From contig OZ024740.1 in the NCBI GenBank assembly GCA_964016885.1, forward strand, positions 225,618,001 to 225,682,000: a DNA stretch of 64,000 nt, written 5' to 3'. The notes under the pieces were generated by a model. That model was not told the DNA's origin. It did no database searches and was given only the letters and a program-made list of their open reading frames with translations. Origin of the DNA: Eledone cirrhosa (taxonomy: Eukaryota). Below, one piece after another: positions 26,788-42,874 of this stretch. How positions within the stretch are numbered: the first letter of the stretch is position 1; every line of letters begins with the position of its first letter. The position numbers were made by a program, and so were the translations under genes.

Positions 26788-26886
26788 ACCCCCTGAGAAG
26801 TTCGGCTATGTATTTACCCCCAGGCTAAATGTTCTTATTTAGTCCAGAAATAGCCGTCGAAACCGCTTGAGCTCTGCCGTCGGGGT
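26788..26886 (+). ncRNA. Type I hammerhead ribozyme of the Naiad-like PLE (core mutated to CUGAGAA)
   Basis: ACCCC-CUGAGAA-GUUCGGCUA...UAGCCGUC-GAAAC-CGC..GCC-GUC/GGGGU. C3-A8 is a mismatch in this copy; an intact version is at 37023-37119. Confidence 0.75.
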
Positions 26887-26977
26887 CATACTTGTTCCTA
26901 TTACCCACTTTACTACCCTAAGTATTGAGTACTTGGGTGCGTTATGGTCCTTCTGGTTCCTTACCACAATTCCTTCG

Positions 26978-27028
<51 letters not shown>

Positions 27029-27040
27029 TGAGGATGTCTG

Positions 27041-27083
<43 letters not shown>

Positions 27084-27282
27084 TGTATATATGAAGCAAA
27101 GCAAAAATTAGTAAATGTTGTTAGAGATGAAATAACTGAAAATAGATGGTTTCGTTTTGATACAAAATTTACTTCACTTCAGTTAAAAAGAACAACGAAT
27201 AAGTTACTACAAGTTATAAAGGTTGACGATGTTTTTGTTGTTAATGTGAAATCGTCTGTGGCCAGAGAAGGTGTGTGTGTGT

Positions 27283-27321
<39 letters not shown>

Positions 27322-27346
27322 AAGGTCTGTAGAAGTCTAAGAGGTC

Positions 27347-28769
27347 TGTAGAAAGCAAATGTTTTACATAGTTATTCTCTCATAAACTGCTGCGAACTGT
27401 CTTTGCTTGTCTGAGACAGACTATTTATATCTGTCACTTCCCCTGCCCCGAGGGATTGCCCACGCATTGACTTGTTTACGCCCAAAAGGAGGTAACCCAG
27501 AATTTGGCCGTTATGTGTCACCTAGGGGTCAAGGTGTGGACAGATTTCGCTACATTAGTTCCCTACCCAGATCGATGATCGATTACAAAAGTGGTAGCGA
27601 AATTTGATCACAGGAGCGTGTTCCAAAACACATAAATCATGGGCACTGCGCTCGTATTCCGAGTGGAGAGAAATTTGGAGAGAAAAAAAAATCGTGTAAA
27701 TATGTATGCATGTGTAACATTTAAAAGAAATTGTAAATATACAGAGCTGTGATCAACTCATGTATTTCTAAACTGTTGTATATGGATGGCTTGAATTGCA
27801 AGGTTGCGGTATCGGATTATATAATACAGAGAACTATTTCTCTCGATGTATAATACGTATGACGCTTTCCCAGTGAGTCTGAGAAGTCGTAACTGGATTG
27901 AGGTTTACGCTATGACAAGACTGTGTGCAATTTCGAGTGAGTTGCGTGTCTGAGTGAGTCCAGGCGAGTTGAGTCCCAGTGTGGGTGAGTTTCATGTGTC
28001 GAGAGCTGTTGCCATACCTCAGACAGGTGAAAAGTAATCTCGCAGAATCCCCACACGAATCAAGACCATACATTATAGATAAAATATTTGTGTGTAAAAA
28101 GGAATGTGTGTTTGATGCAAAACGTGTATGAGCATGCAGGCATATAATACAGTAAACATGAACGGTCATATATAACCTGTAAAAAAAAAAAAATATATAT
28201 ATATATATAATTGTTCTTAACAAAAAGTTCAGATTTTCTTTTCTTTGTGTGTCTGAGTTCTTTTTTTTAAAAATATCTTTGGTATAAGAATGTTATCGTT
28301 TCTTGCTAGGAAGCTAGTAGTGTTGTCTGTTGTCGTTGTTGTGGAAGAAGATGACTAATTTCTCGGGTGTGTAGCATTTTCGCAGTGAATTGTTTGGTAA
28401 TTAATTCAAGAATCGAAGCGAAGTCAGTAAATCTTCTGTAGAATCGAAGTTTGGTAAATAACTTGATGAAGTGAAATTTTATAATATAGATGAGAAGCTT
28501 GGTAATTATAGATTGCCCAGAAAGCTGCATGTTCGAATCACAACGGGATGTCACCAAGGGTCTGTAGAAAGCAAATATTTTACATAGTTATTCTCTCATA
28601 AACTGCTCCGAACTGTCTTTGCTTTGTTTAAGATAGGCTATTTATATCTGTCACTTCCTCTGTCTCAAGGGATTGCCCACCCATAGACTTGTTTACGCCA
28701 AAGAGGAGGTAACCCAGAATTTGACCGTTAAGTGTACCGGGGGTCAAGGTTTGAACAGATTTCGCTACA
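27347..28769 (-). mobile_element. Small non-autonomous LTR retrotransposon derivative (TRIM-like)
   Basis: Direct repeats at 27347-27554 and 28563-28769, bounded by TGTAG...CTACA. On the minus strand there is a PBS-like TGGTGACATCCCG (28556-28544) after the 5' LTR and a purine tract GGGTAGGGAACTAA just before the 3' LTR. About 1 kb of non-coding interior. Confidence 0.72.
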
Positions 28770-28891
28770 CACACATATATATATATATACAGTGTATATA
28801 TATATATACTGTGTATATTCATACATAGGCCGAGTAATGTGTGACAAAAAATCGATGGTAAAATAGGGGTTGAATTATATTCGATGTCAAT

Positions 28892-28977
28892 ATTGCCTTT
28901 CATCCTTACGGGGTCGATAAAATAAAGTACCAGTAATGAACTGGGTATTTGCTGGCTTTGTGCCTAAAGTAGAAACA
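28892..28977 (+). mobile_element. SINE family A 3' half
   Basis: ttgcctttcatccttacggggtcgataaaataaagtaccagtaatg...gtagaaacaa. Confidence 0.85.
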
Positions 28978-29292
28978 AATAATTTGAAAATTTTCAATTT
29001 CAAAAATGTTATGTAAATGAGGTCTTAAAATAGTTTCGCTTTCGGGGTGAATAGTACACACGTTTCCCTTTGGAGGTGAATATTACACCGGTTTTACTTT
29101 TGAAGTGAAATTCGTAATTCGTATAGCTTTTGTTATGTTTTAAATCAATATGGCCTTTAAAATGGCCGGAAATTAGTAAAACAGTATTATGTAATAGAGT
29201 TGTGAAACAAAATATACTTTAATCGACATTTAAAACATTTTTAAAAACTTCATAAATATATTCTCCGTTCATGGGAATTTTGAAACCACACC

Positions 29293-29499
29293 ATCTCAAT
29301 ATAATGTGTTGATTACATGATTCGGTTGATAAACAATATAGCTTTCTTAATCAGATAATTTTGATACAGAAAACAACGTATATATATATATATATATGCG
29401 TGTGTGTGAGTGTATATATATATATATATATATATATTACTCTTTTACTCTTTTACTCTTTTACCTGTTTCAGCCATCCGGCTGAGGCCATGCTGGGGC

Positions 29500-29547
<48 letters not shown>

Positions 29548-29739
29548 CTGGTTCATAAAATTCTTTCCGTGATGGGGTACACCATTGTAGAGTTTATTAG
29601 GCTATATCAACCCCAGTTTTATGTATCTCAATATAATGTGTTGATTACATGATTCGGTTGATAAACAATATAGCTTTCTTAATCAGATAATTTTGATACA
29701 GAAAACAACGTATATATATATATATATGTGTGTGTGTGA

Positions 29740-29793
<54 letters not shown>

Positions 29794-29852
29794 TCTTTTA
29801 CTCTTTTACTCTTTTACCTGTTTCAGCCATCCGGCTGAGGCCATGCTGGGGC

Positions 29853-29894
<42 letters not shown>

Positions 29895-29972
29895 CTGGTT
29901 CATAAAATTCTTTCCGTGATGGGGTACACCATTGTAGAGTTTATTAGGCTATATCAACCCCAGTTTTATGTA
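29293..29972. repeat. Local tandem duplication (about 332-345 bp unit); each unit holds a 62-bp LINE-B 3' stub in a (TA)n tract
   Basis: atctcaatataatgtgttg recurs at 29293 and 29625. Stubs at 29438-29500 and 29792-29853 are identical to 55810-55871. Confidence 0.92.
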
Positions 29973-30506
29973 TATTTCATAGAAGAAATGAAACGTATCA
30001 GAACAAAACTTTGTATTATATATCAATTCAAATACCTATTAGAGAATAAATGGTAATAAATTAACACTTGGAACTGCTTTACTTCATTAAGGGAATAATT
30101 GTTATATGTTTATTATATAAACTTACAATATACACAATGTTGTATTCTTTTGATATATGAATGTTATAGTAATGTTAGACTTATATATTTTGAGACAGAG
30201 CAAATTAAGATACTAGAAATAACATAATACGTATGTACAAATATAAAAATAAATACATGTATGAGACTAAAAATCTCAACGCTTCAAGCACATTATTTCA
30301 GGAAGAGTGGCCTTAATATCATATATATCTAATTCATTGTAGCAAAATTTGACGTGTTTCCGTAGATGAAACAGAACGCAGTAGTACAAGTGGAACTATT
30401 AATAATAAATGCTGCATATCTATAGTCACAACAAATGAAAATGTATTATCATAATAAACATATCTACTTCGTTACGTAGGAGCTAAATATTAAACTAAGT
30501 TTTCCA

Positions 30507-30573
<67 letters not shown>

Positions 30574-30656
30574 CGTTATTCCGGGTTGAATCGGAGGTAA
30601 CCACAGTAAGTAAGGTACTCAATACATAGCAGAGTATAAAAGTTTTAATATAGATG

Positions 30657-30707
30657 AGATTATACAGGACTAGAACTGTTTCATTCATTAGAAATCATCA
30701 GGAATCT
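30657..30707 (-). ncRNA. Type I hammerhead ribozyme in a pLTR-like fragment (about 30574-31130) between microsatellites
   Basis: AGAUUC-CUGAUGA-UUUC-UAAU-GAAU-GAAACAG-UUCUAGUC-CUGUA/UAAUCU: canonical core, stem III ACAG/CUGU, GUA triplet, stem I AGAUU/AAUCU. Confidence 0.8.
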
Positions 30708-31149
30708 GGGTATCAAAAAATAAAAATGGTATTTATAGGTCTCTACAAGTGGTAGGAGAGGGTGGGGAGTGGGATGGGTTCAGGTCATTGGTTGATAGAA
30801 AAGGGAATTCATTAAAAGCTAATTCTACAAAGCTATAGTTTATTTTTATTTATTTATGTTTTTAGAGTAACAAGGGCAGACAGAGTTCTATAAACAGGTT
30901 CCGGATGGCATACCATTCCTTGTCATTAAGTTTCTCTTAAGCTAACAGATGTCTATAAAATCAGTGGGGGGTCAGTCATGGTCGATAGAATTAAAGAAAA
31001 GGGAGATTCTTTAAAAGCTAAAATCATTAAGGTTCTACTAAGTGACAAAGGTCTAGAGAATTCTGTAGACAGATTCAAAATACTGAGTGCATATCTTACA
31101 ATTATCTTCGAACTTCTCTTAAACTAATCAACTATATGCCAAAAATCAA

Positions 31150-32260
<1,111 letters not shown>

Positions 32261-32506
32261 AAGTTATATTTAAAATTGTTGGGTTACAACTAGTAAATAT
32301 TTATAACTGATATAAAAGCACTCGACAAATACTTGGAGTATATTTACAATATTAAATAAATGGAAAACTATATTTATAAAACCATATTTATTTCATTATA
32401 TATATTTAGGGGATATCATAGATACTGCTAGAGTAAACCTCTTCAAATGAAGTTGATGTTTATTACGGTATGTCGAATATATTTATCTATAAAACTGTTT
32501 ATATTG

Positions 32507-32572
32507 TATTTTGTCTGATGAAGGCATAGCATATTGTTAATATGATATCCCCGAAATATATATAATGAAATA
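32507..32572 (+). ncRNA. Type I hammerhead ribozyme in a short inverted-arm element (32257-32615)
   Basis: UAUUUUGU-CUGAUGA-AGGCAUAGCAUAUU-GUU-AAUAUGAUAUCCCC-GAAA-UAUAUA-UA/AUGAAAUA. 32347-32420 is an inverted copy of 32541-32614. Confidence 0.72.
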
Positions 32573-32614
32573 AATATGGTTTTATAAATATAGTTTTCCA
32601 TTTATTTAATATTG

Positions 32615-32646
<32 letters not shown>

Positions 32647-32741
32647 TATATACACATACAAACACACATACAAACATACATATACACATACATATATATA
32701 AACATATATATACACATATATACACGTATGTATATATACAC

Positions 32742-32810
<69 letters not shown>

Positions 32811-32891
32811 CACACACACACACATATATACATATATATATACACATATACACACACATACACACACACATATATACACATACACACACAC

Positions 32892-32954
<63 letters not shown>

Positions 32955-33042
32955 CATATACACACACATATATATACACGCGCACACACACACACACACA
33001 CACACGTACACATGCATATGTATATATATATACATACATATA
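32615..33042. repeat. Compound (TA)n/(CA)n microsatellite
   Basis: Direct sequence. Confidence 0.97.
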
Positions 33043-33594
33043 TTGTTATACTTGAGAAGGGTCATATTGTAACCCTATATATATATACTGTATTTTGATA
33101 TATGAATATAAAGGAAATAATTATAATGCTCTGTATCTGCACATAGAGCTAGGTATAATGGTTACGGTTAAACGTCTGAATAAACTAGAAGCGACAACGT
33201 AATTTACTCTCAAATAATCACTCCATTCACCACCACCGCTTATCCCACCCCTTCTTATTAAATTTTGCTAATCTAACTCCGGTGAAATTTATATTAATTG
33301 GTAACATTCCTACGACAATTAATTTTCTTTAGACATTAAATAATATTATGTATAATAAAAATGAACAATACTAGAAATCTCATACATTATCAAATAAATA
33401 GGATGGGTTGGTGTCTCAATATGTAAACTAAACAACTATTTCTGTTTATTTTTAAATCAACGGAGACAACCTAACGATTTTCCACCCTCTTGCTTATTCC
33501 ACCCCTATTATTTGGGTAGTATATTAAAAATCAACTTATATTTCAACATATAGTTCATTAACGTGATAGTCATTTCACATATCAATGATATATA

Positions 33595-33880
33595 AAGGAT
33601 AAAGACCCTCTTCGGTCACGAGTGACCATGGGCTTTGTATGTAGAATGTTCACCTTCGAGGCACAAGTCTGGGGAAGGTTGTTTGTATAAGACCATCCGT
33701 CGCCTCTGCATACCAGGCTTCTTTCTCTATGCCATCGATGTTACCAAGTGAAAAGCAATGGCCTATACAGCGAGACACCAGTTATGTCGCAATCCATTTC
33801 TATAGCTGAGTGAACAGGAAAAACGAACTAACAACCTCATTAATGCATGCCTAAAGATCGAACCGCTACACCACGTACCT
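33595..33880 (-). mobile_element. Degenerate SINE family B (related copies at about 39440-39690 minus and 15230-15380 plus)
   Basis: Shared gaatgaccatggg...cacaag.ctggg and tttcta.agctga.tgaac.gg segments. The 39.6 kb copy has a tRNA-like head (reverse complement of atcgaactcacaacctcacgattgcga). Confidence 0.6.
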
Positions 33881-34237
33881 TTGATGATATATAACATGGT
33901 CATGGTATATATTGCAGAATTCAATTTACTATATAGTCACTTCTTAATTAAGTAGTGTATCCTGTAATATTCATTTATTCTCCGAGATATGATGTGAGTA
34001 TGCATATACTATACGTGTTTGATAATTCCGTTTCTCTTTTTGTAAAGAAATACACATAATATTATGTTACTTTAAAGTAGATATGTATGAGTATATGGCT
34101 ACACTTTCGTCGCTGATTAGTGTGTTTAACACTTGCAACTTTGAGCTCTCGAAGTTTGGACTCTCATACGGAATATTTAAGTAATTATATATATTATGAT
34201 GTTCTTATTATATTTAGATGTTTACTTGTATATACTC

Positions 34238-34293
<56 letters not shown>

Positions 34294-34495
34294 TCAAAGG
34301 GTATATATATATATATAATTAGACAACAGATACATATATGGGTTTGGCAACCATTCACGGTGTGGCTCAATGAAGAATTAATTAAATAATTATAATATAT
34401 AAAAAAGTAAGTCCAAAGAATCATTAGATAAAATATTTACAGTATTTCCTCTCCGAATCAGTATTAATTAACCACACAAAAAATCATTTAAACGA

Positions 34496-34530
<35 letters not shown>

Positions 34531-34692
34531 CATATTTTTGGGGAGGGTCATATAATATTGCCAGAAATATATACTAAATCACTCTCATTGTGTGGTTGAG
34601 GTTGGTTTTTGCTTCCGTGTATTTTATATCCCTGTAGTTAACTTGGCAGCCAATCAATGGTTTTCATTGTTTGACTAACAGTTAAAAATATT

Positions 34693-34788
<96 letters not shown>

Positions 34789-34875
34789 CAGGATTCTTTC
34801 GTCGCACACCTGTGTCATCGTCAGCAATACTACTATGTTTCCCCCCTTGTATTGTAATGTTTACTTATTCTATTT

Positions 34876-35028
<153 letters not shown>

Positions 35029-35469
35029 GCTATTAAGTTTGACATGGCCTGTGTCAATAGTGACCGAAACCATTAATGAAACACTATGTGTTGTGAATCT
35101 GGATAATGTAAATTTACAATAGTAGTTATAAGCTATTGCGATAGTGAGTAATTATCACACTGGGCGAATATATGTTTTGATTTCTCTGTAGACAGAAAAA
35201 GAAGGATGAGTCCCACGATGTTCGCTGCTTTGGGGATGACACTCCAGGAAAAATGCACGACACCTATAGTCTTAAACTCTTAACATTAAATAATTAAATA
35301 TATAGAAATAGACGAACTCACTAAATACCGACACTCCAATGGGAACAATGTTAATTAACGAAACACCCAGAACTGTGATGCTAGTATCTGATCCAACCTG
35401 TGGCCATTATACAAAAGGAAATATCACAAATACGCACAATACCGCGACTGTCAAGACAAAACAAAATAA

Positions 35470-35955
35470 CGATCAGCATGCTCTTGATTGAGCTGCGACT
35501 CTGTCGAGCCTTTTTCAATCGTGGAGATGAATGGCTTTTCCACTGTGTTGACTGTTGCGTCGTCTCAGGGTCGTACCCGTAGACCCAACTCTTGTCACCT
35601 CACCAGAGATTATCCTCGACATGAAGGATGGGTCATCAGCAGCACGCAGACGGAGATCTTGACTGACTTCAACGGGATGTTCTTTCTGCTCAGTGGTCAG
35701 CAGGCTGGGGACAAACCTGGCAGCGACACGCTGTATGTTCAATTCAGAAGTTAGGATTGTCTGCACGGACCGATACGACAGACCAACAACATCAGCAATA
35801 TGAATGATTGTCCTCCGACATTTCTCATTCAGAAGCTGATTAATTTTCTCGACATTTCCGGATCGTGACAGGTCTTCCAGATGGCGCATCGTCTTCCAGG
35901 GACGTTTTTGCGCTTGTAAAACGCCCGTGCCACTCGAAACATTGTGTACGATCCA
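35470..35955 (-). pseudogene. Mariner transposase N-terminal/central relic
   Basis: EDLSRSG..NVEKI...RRTIIHIADVVGLSYRSVQTIL...RVAARFVPSLLTTEQK...FMSRIISG, then frameshifted WVYGYDPET..QS.QWK. Confidence 0.88.
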
Positions 35956-36181
35956 TATATAGATAGCAAAATTTAATAAGTGGAATAAGAGCTAGGGTTG
36001 AAAAAATATGAAAAATTACATATGCGGAGTAGGGGCGATTATTCGAGACTCAAGTATAGTTATCCATTCATTTTTATATCTAGCACATCCAGTCTTTACG
36101 TAAAATATTCACCCTCTACAGGTTAATACCAACAACATGAACATATTTACAATAAAATGCTTACATTAATTAATGTCATTA

Positions 36182-36370
36182 GGGCGGTGGATTGGCAGTA
36201 TCGGTAGAGGGTCGGACGTCACGCTTTGCAGCAAAAAGTTACGGCCCTTTATGGTCTGAGTTCAAATTCCGTCGAGCTTAACTTTGCCTTTCATCCTTAC
36301 GAGGTCGATAAAATAAAGTACCAGTAATACACTGGATTAATTGTCGGCCTTGTGCCAAAAGTAGAAATAA
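36182..36370 (+). mobile_element. Full-length SINE family A with 17-bp TSD
   Basis: Matches the 8238 SINE; flanking repeat ATTAATTAATGTCATTA. Confidence 0.92.
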
Positions 36371-36899
36371 TTAATTAATGTCATTACAATAACGTTTCTT
36401 ATCTTTTAAGTTATGTTTATGTTAATATATGTTGAATGCCATCATAATACAATTTATTAAATTTGACGTCTCATAATTTTAGATATTGTACATGTGATTT
36501 TCTGTTAAAAAGGTACAATGAAAGAACTTCGCAAATACTGAAAATGTAAAAAAGCGAGTACAAACATTTCTCAAGAAAACCCCCAGCGGGGTTTAATTGA
36601 TAAAATCTATTGTATTACCATTTCCAGATTTATTTATTTCCTTTTTGTCCTAATTTCTTTCCCCTACTTTCTCTCTTTTTATTTCTTTTCTTTCTATTAT
36701 CATTCACACCTTTCTAAAAGCCCCTCCCAATTTCATGAAATATCCGCTATCCTTTGTCTTTTTCACACAACTACTTAAATATTGCAATAGCGACATTTTT
36801 ACTATGCATGTAACCCTCCTGTTTTAAGAGAAAACCAATATATATACATATATATATATAGTCTTAAACTCTTAACATTAAATATATAGAAATAGACGA

Positions 36900-36968
<69 letters not shown>

Positions 36969-37009
36969 GGGGACAGGAGCACCTTATATATATATATATA
37001 TATATATAT

Positions 37010-37530
37010 AGGAAAAAGTATGACCCCGACGGCAGAGCTCAAGCCGTTTCGACGGCTATTTCTGGACTAAATTAGAATTTTTAGCCTGGTGAATAAATAG
37101 CCGAACTTGTCAAGGGGGTATTTTCTTATTTGGGAAGATAGTAATTGTCGAGAGGAATGGTTAAAATTTGTTGTAAACACAAATAAGTCTATCATGGGAT
37201 TTGGTGGGAGGTAGGGGTAGCTGAACTTGCCTGTAGAACAATAGGGGAGTGAGTGGAGTGGTCAAGCGTTGAAAGTGATATGTATACGGCAGATTCTAAG
37301 GATAGTGTATGAAATGGAGGAGAGAGGTTATAGAATAAGTAATTCGAATGAGAGTAGGAGACAATAAAATATAATAGAAATAAATTAAAAAATATATAAA
37401 ATTAGATAGTGAGAAATGAATAAAAAAAAAATCACAATGCTAACTTACAATTACAGGTTAATAAGTTGAGAATAGAAAAAACTTGTAGAAATTGAGTAGT
37501 AACAAGACAACAAAATTAAAGGGGTCGAAC
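37010..37530 (-). mobile_element. 3' UTR/pLTR fragment of the Naiad-like PLE, between (TA)n tracts
   Basis: Reverse-complement similarity to about 26150-26895. Confidence 0.85.
37023..37119 (-). ncRNA. Type I hammerhead ribozyme, U3-A8 variant (Naiad-like PLE)
   Basis: CCCC-UUGACAA-GUUCGGCUAUUU...AAAUAGCCGUC-GAAAC-GGC-UUGAGCUCU-GCC-GUC/GGGG: all three stems intact, long stem II. Confidence 0.87.
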
Positions 37531-37533
37531 ACA

Positions 37534-37627
<94 letters not shown>

Positions 37628-38841
37628 TGTATATAAATGCGTATATATATATATATAAATATAGTAATAATAATAAATTTGAAGACTAAAATCCAAAGAG
37701 GGCTCGATAAGGATAAATATATATCAAATATATAAAAACTGTAGAGCAAATATTTATTAAAATAACAGATTAAAGTTTAAGCAAAGAATCGCTGCTTTCA
37801 CCCTTAACGGGATCTTCTGAAACTAACAAAGTCTATCTGTGAACGCAGAAGTGAATATTTCAAAAATCTTTGCAACCGGAGGAAGACAGGAAGACGATAC
37901 TTTGGTTCGTGGAAACGTTCCCTGGCAAAGAACAGGAAAAAACGAATATAGTACGTCATTATTTGGAGCGGTGAAAAACAATTACACGCAAAGACAGAAC
38001 CACGTTTATGGTATAAAAAAGTCGTAGACTAATATTCTCTTAGGTGGTTAATAAATATATATAAATATATATATAACAACCTGTTGAGTCATTCTGCACT
38101 TTTAGTGATTAAATACCATATGCTGAACTACCATTTACCGGCTATATCCACGTGCGTCTATCTAATGCCCACACAAATATTACATACATACATAAATGCA
38201 CGCACACACACACACACATATATATATATATGTTTGCGTGTCTGTGTGTTTGTGTGTGTGTGTATTTGCGTGTGTGTGTATGTATGTATATATGGTTTAA
38301 TTAATATAATATAAATATGCAGAGCCATATTGAGATGTTTAATTTGAAGGTTTAATTGAGCCCATGAAATGTAGCTTTCCCCAAATGGGGGATATTTCAA
38401 AGCGCTAATCACATCTGTGACTTGAGCAGAGCTATATAGGCAGATTCATGTTTTTCTTAACATATGTACAGACCTTTAATAACTTTCGAAAGCTCAGTTG
38501 TTGGGTACTAACACCTGTTTCTATGAGACCCCTCCTTCCCCAGTGAAGTTGACACCCTGACAATCTCTTGTGAGTAGTTTGGATCACTGATCACAACTAT
38601 GGTTTCTTGGCAAACCAGATGTTATATACTAACAAGCAATATTGAATAAACCACGGAAAAAACGTCGGAAATATTAACTACTAGGAACGTATAAAAAGTT
38701 TTGACAAAAAACTTTGATTGAGAATAAAAAAACAAAACAAGACTGATAAGATTAGTTTCAACATATATCGGCGTTTCACCAAATATTGATCACTTATTAA
38801 ATACCTGGAAACGCACTGCCAAGACAGATAGGCTTCTAAAC

Positions 38842-39120
38842 ACTTACCATCAAGGGTGCCTACGTAAGATAGGTCAATTGGCGAGATCAGGTTAGGAACG
38901 AAGAGATCATGGAGCGTCGGTTTCGTTTTTCAAGTTTTTTTTCTTTTTTCAAGATCAAGTTTCGCACCTCCCAGTACACCGCACGTCCAAAACGGTGATA
39001 ACGTGGATTTCCCCGGAAGGAAAGCGGATAAGCGGCCGACGGAATATAACATGGCGGCGAACATTCCAAAGCGACCTACAAAGCGTCAACAGCACTTGGC
39101 ACTGATGTCAACGAGCTGTC
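38842..39120 (-). promoter_or_regulatory. Candidate host promoter and first exon ending ATG|GTAAGT
   Basis: Locally CpG-rich, non-repetitive-looking island. ETS-like CCGGAAG (39013-39019), YY1-like AACATGGCGGC (39048-39058); on the minus strand ATG (38850-38848) directly precedes a perfect donor GTAAGT. Confidence 0.35.
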
Positions 39121-39687
39121 ACGGACCGACAGTGTTGGAGAGGATTAGTTGACTTATTTTCCCGATAGAACAAGCCGAACGAGGAGCTAAGAGTCAATTG
39201 CTCTTAGAGAATATAGTAGCAATAAACATACGAGAGCTATGAACAAATTATTTTAACTTATTTTTCTCTGTGAACATATCACAGATATCTCAGTTGTAGT
39301 TGAGAATGCCAGACAGCTGTTTCAAGATTCGTTAATCTGTCATCGATACATTCACTCAATGGGTGCAGTATAAACATATCATATATGCTTTCATATACAC
39401 CCCTATTATGCTTAATGCTATATGTGTATATAATGGGTAAATACTCATCTCGATCCCGAATGACCATGGGTTGTGCACACACTGAGACACAAGCCTGGGC
39501 AAAGTGTATTTGAGAAAAGTCACCAGTCACCCATACATACTAGTTTCTCTTTCCGTCACCACCAGTGACATTGCACAATATTTCTACAGCTGATTGAACT
39601 GGAACATGTAGTAAAGCATCTTACAAAAGGACATAACGTTCCACTCTGTCCGAGCATCGAACTCACAACCTCACGATTGCGAATCCA

Positions 39688-39773
<86 letters not shown>

Positions 39774-41648
39774 AGGACAGGTTTGGGTTTCGCTATTCTG
39801 GAATTTCTCCTGTATACTAATAGAGCCATTACACAAGACTTGCCTGATAATCCTTTGGGTACACAGGAGAAATTCCAGGAGTAACATGACTCAAACTTAG
39901 CCTTAATAAAGAACATATTAATCTCTTCTATTATTATGGTATTGTCTACTCATTCTCATGACCACTAATACTAGGCGCATATATTCATATATTCTAAAAC
40001 TTTTCTCATATTTATTACTTTTATCTAAATTATCAAATATAAAATTATAATCATTTCTACAGTTTCATATATGTATCGATATTCGGTGCTAATGTAATAC
40101 CTTAAGCAAACCCATCCTTCAAATTCTGTAAGCACTCATTATATAATTCACGATGCTAAGACCATTTTAATGCATTAATGATTTCCTCAATCTTCTGGTT
40201 TTAACCACCATTTGTCTTTGAAATATTGCGTTTTATTGTATATTTTTATTCAAAGTTTTGTCATAATTCATATTTCATTTCCTTTCGTATGACAAGATTC
40301 TCGCATCATGCATTATCTTTTGATGGAAGTAGCTTCTTTTCTGTTATATATTATTTCTCCATTGAGAGATAATCATAATTATCAGAAATCTATTTTATTC
40401 ATAATGTTAACCCAGTGAAAATGAAATGCGCTACAACTCATCATTAATTCTTCTCTTTCATTCTCAGCTCAAGATAATGCTTTCCAGGTTTGATGCATCT
40501 AATCATCAAGCCAATGTTATATATTATCCGCTGATTTTTGTCATTAATTCTCTGTTGTATATTCAAAATATTTATTTTTCTTTCTCGAAATCACGCATGA
40601 AACTTTTGATAACTTCATCTAATTTCTCATTAAATTGATGTATTCTATTACTGTTCGTATTGTAATTGCATTACAAAATTCCTGATTAAATCTTTATTCT
40701 CAGGTCATTTAAACGTTATGATAAATGATATCTATATTTATACGAACCTCTTCATTGCAGCTTAGACTATAAATAATTACCTACAATAATCCCATCAATA
40801 AAGTTTCTCAAAAATTAGCCAAGCGGTTATTATTTAAAATATTGAACACCATAACACTGCTTCCTGCAACGAAACTATATTGTTATTTCAAAGCAAATGT
40901 GTGTGGCTAACTAATTTGTAACCTTAACACTTAATATCCTAAAATAATGTAGAAGAGAAATAAAACAAAATGTGTTGTTTTAGTATCATTACTAGTTGAC
41001 AGATTGCAGTGAAAATATGCAATATTAGATTAAAAGCTTTAATTCTCAATGCAATTATGTGGTAGTGTGCTATCCTAGATTTTCCGGTTGTATAACTAAT
41101 GTGATTTTGTAGGGTAAACGATATTAAATGTTAAATTGGTTACACACTTCTAATATAGAAATACAACAATAGTAGTTATAATGAAGAAGGTAAACATTAT
41201 GATAATTGTAACATGATTTGCAGTATGGAGAATGTATTGAAATGAAACAACTCAACTATTTTTCCTTTTCATTTTTTCTCAATCTAAATTATTCAATACT
41301 GTATGAATATTAGCACATATGCATCAAATGCTTTGCTAGATAATTCTTTTTAAAAGTTCACTTTTAACGGGCGGTTTAAATCTACCGTTACACACACACA
41401 CACACGCACACACATATATATATGTGTGTGTGTATGTGCGTGCCTGTGCCGGCGCGCGCGCGTGTGTGTGTGCGTGTGTAATTATATTATCTATTTATTT
41501 TCATACACGTCGAGGCATCTGAAGATTAGGTAGCGCTTTTGTTCCGTATTTGAACATAAATAATATATATATATCAGCTCTCTTTCCGATTGAGCACTGT
41601 TTTCCTTTTTCACATCTACGGATATTCTCTACACATACGCACACACAT

Positions 41649-42856
<1,208 letters not shown>

Positions 42857-42874
42857 AATATATATAAATATATA

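Larger units (their letters stand above)
25229..26980 (+). mobile_element. Penelope-like retroelement (Naiad-like), 5'-truncated: thumb/linker, GIY-YIG endonuclease, 3' UTR with HHR, ending at (TA)n
   Basis: LLKKHFPLQHRYHNIINKNIIKFSYSTTPN, then RRCNCPGRSMCPLNNRCLDRNVIYQC...AYIGLTACDFKTRLYQH...TTLSGHIWDLK...CNLCSEE: CxC-CP-C zinc motif plus GIY-YIG, as in Naiad-type PLEs. Confidence 0.88.

Noticed and set aside
25420-26980. Selenocysteine/SECIS, as reported for some Naiad PLEs
   Set aside because: The zinc-motif cysteines are TGT/TGC codons with no in-frame TGA, and I saw no convincing SECIS by eye; SECISearch would settle it.
39770-40930. AT-rich TTAA-bounded segment that may be a decayed DNA transposon
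   Set aside because: The terminal repeats match poorly and no transposase motif could be read with confidence.
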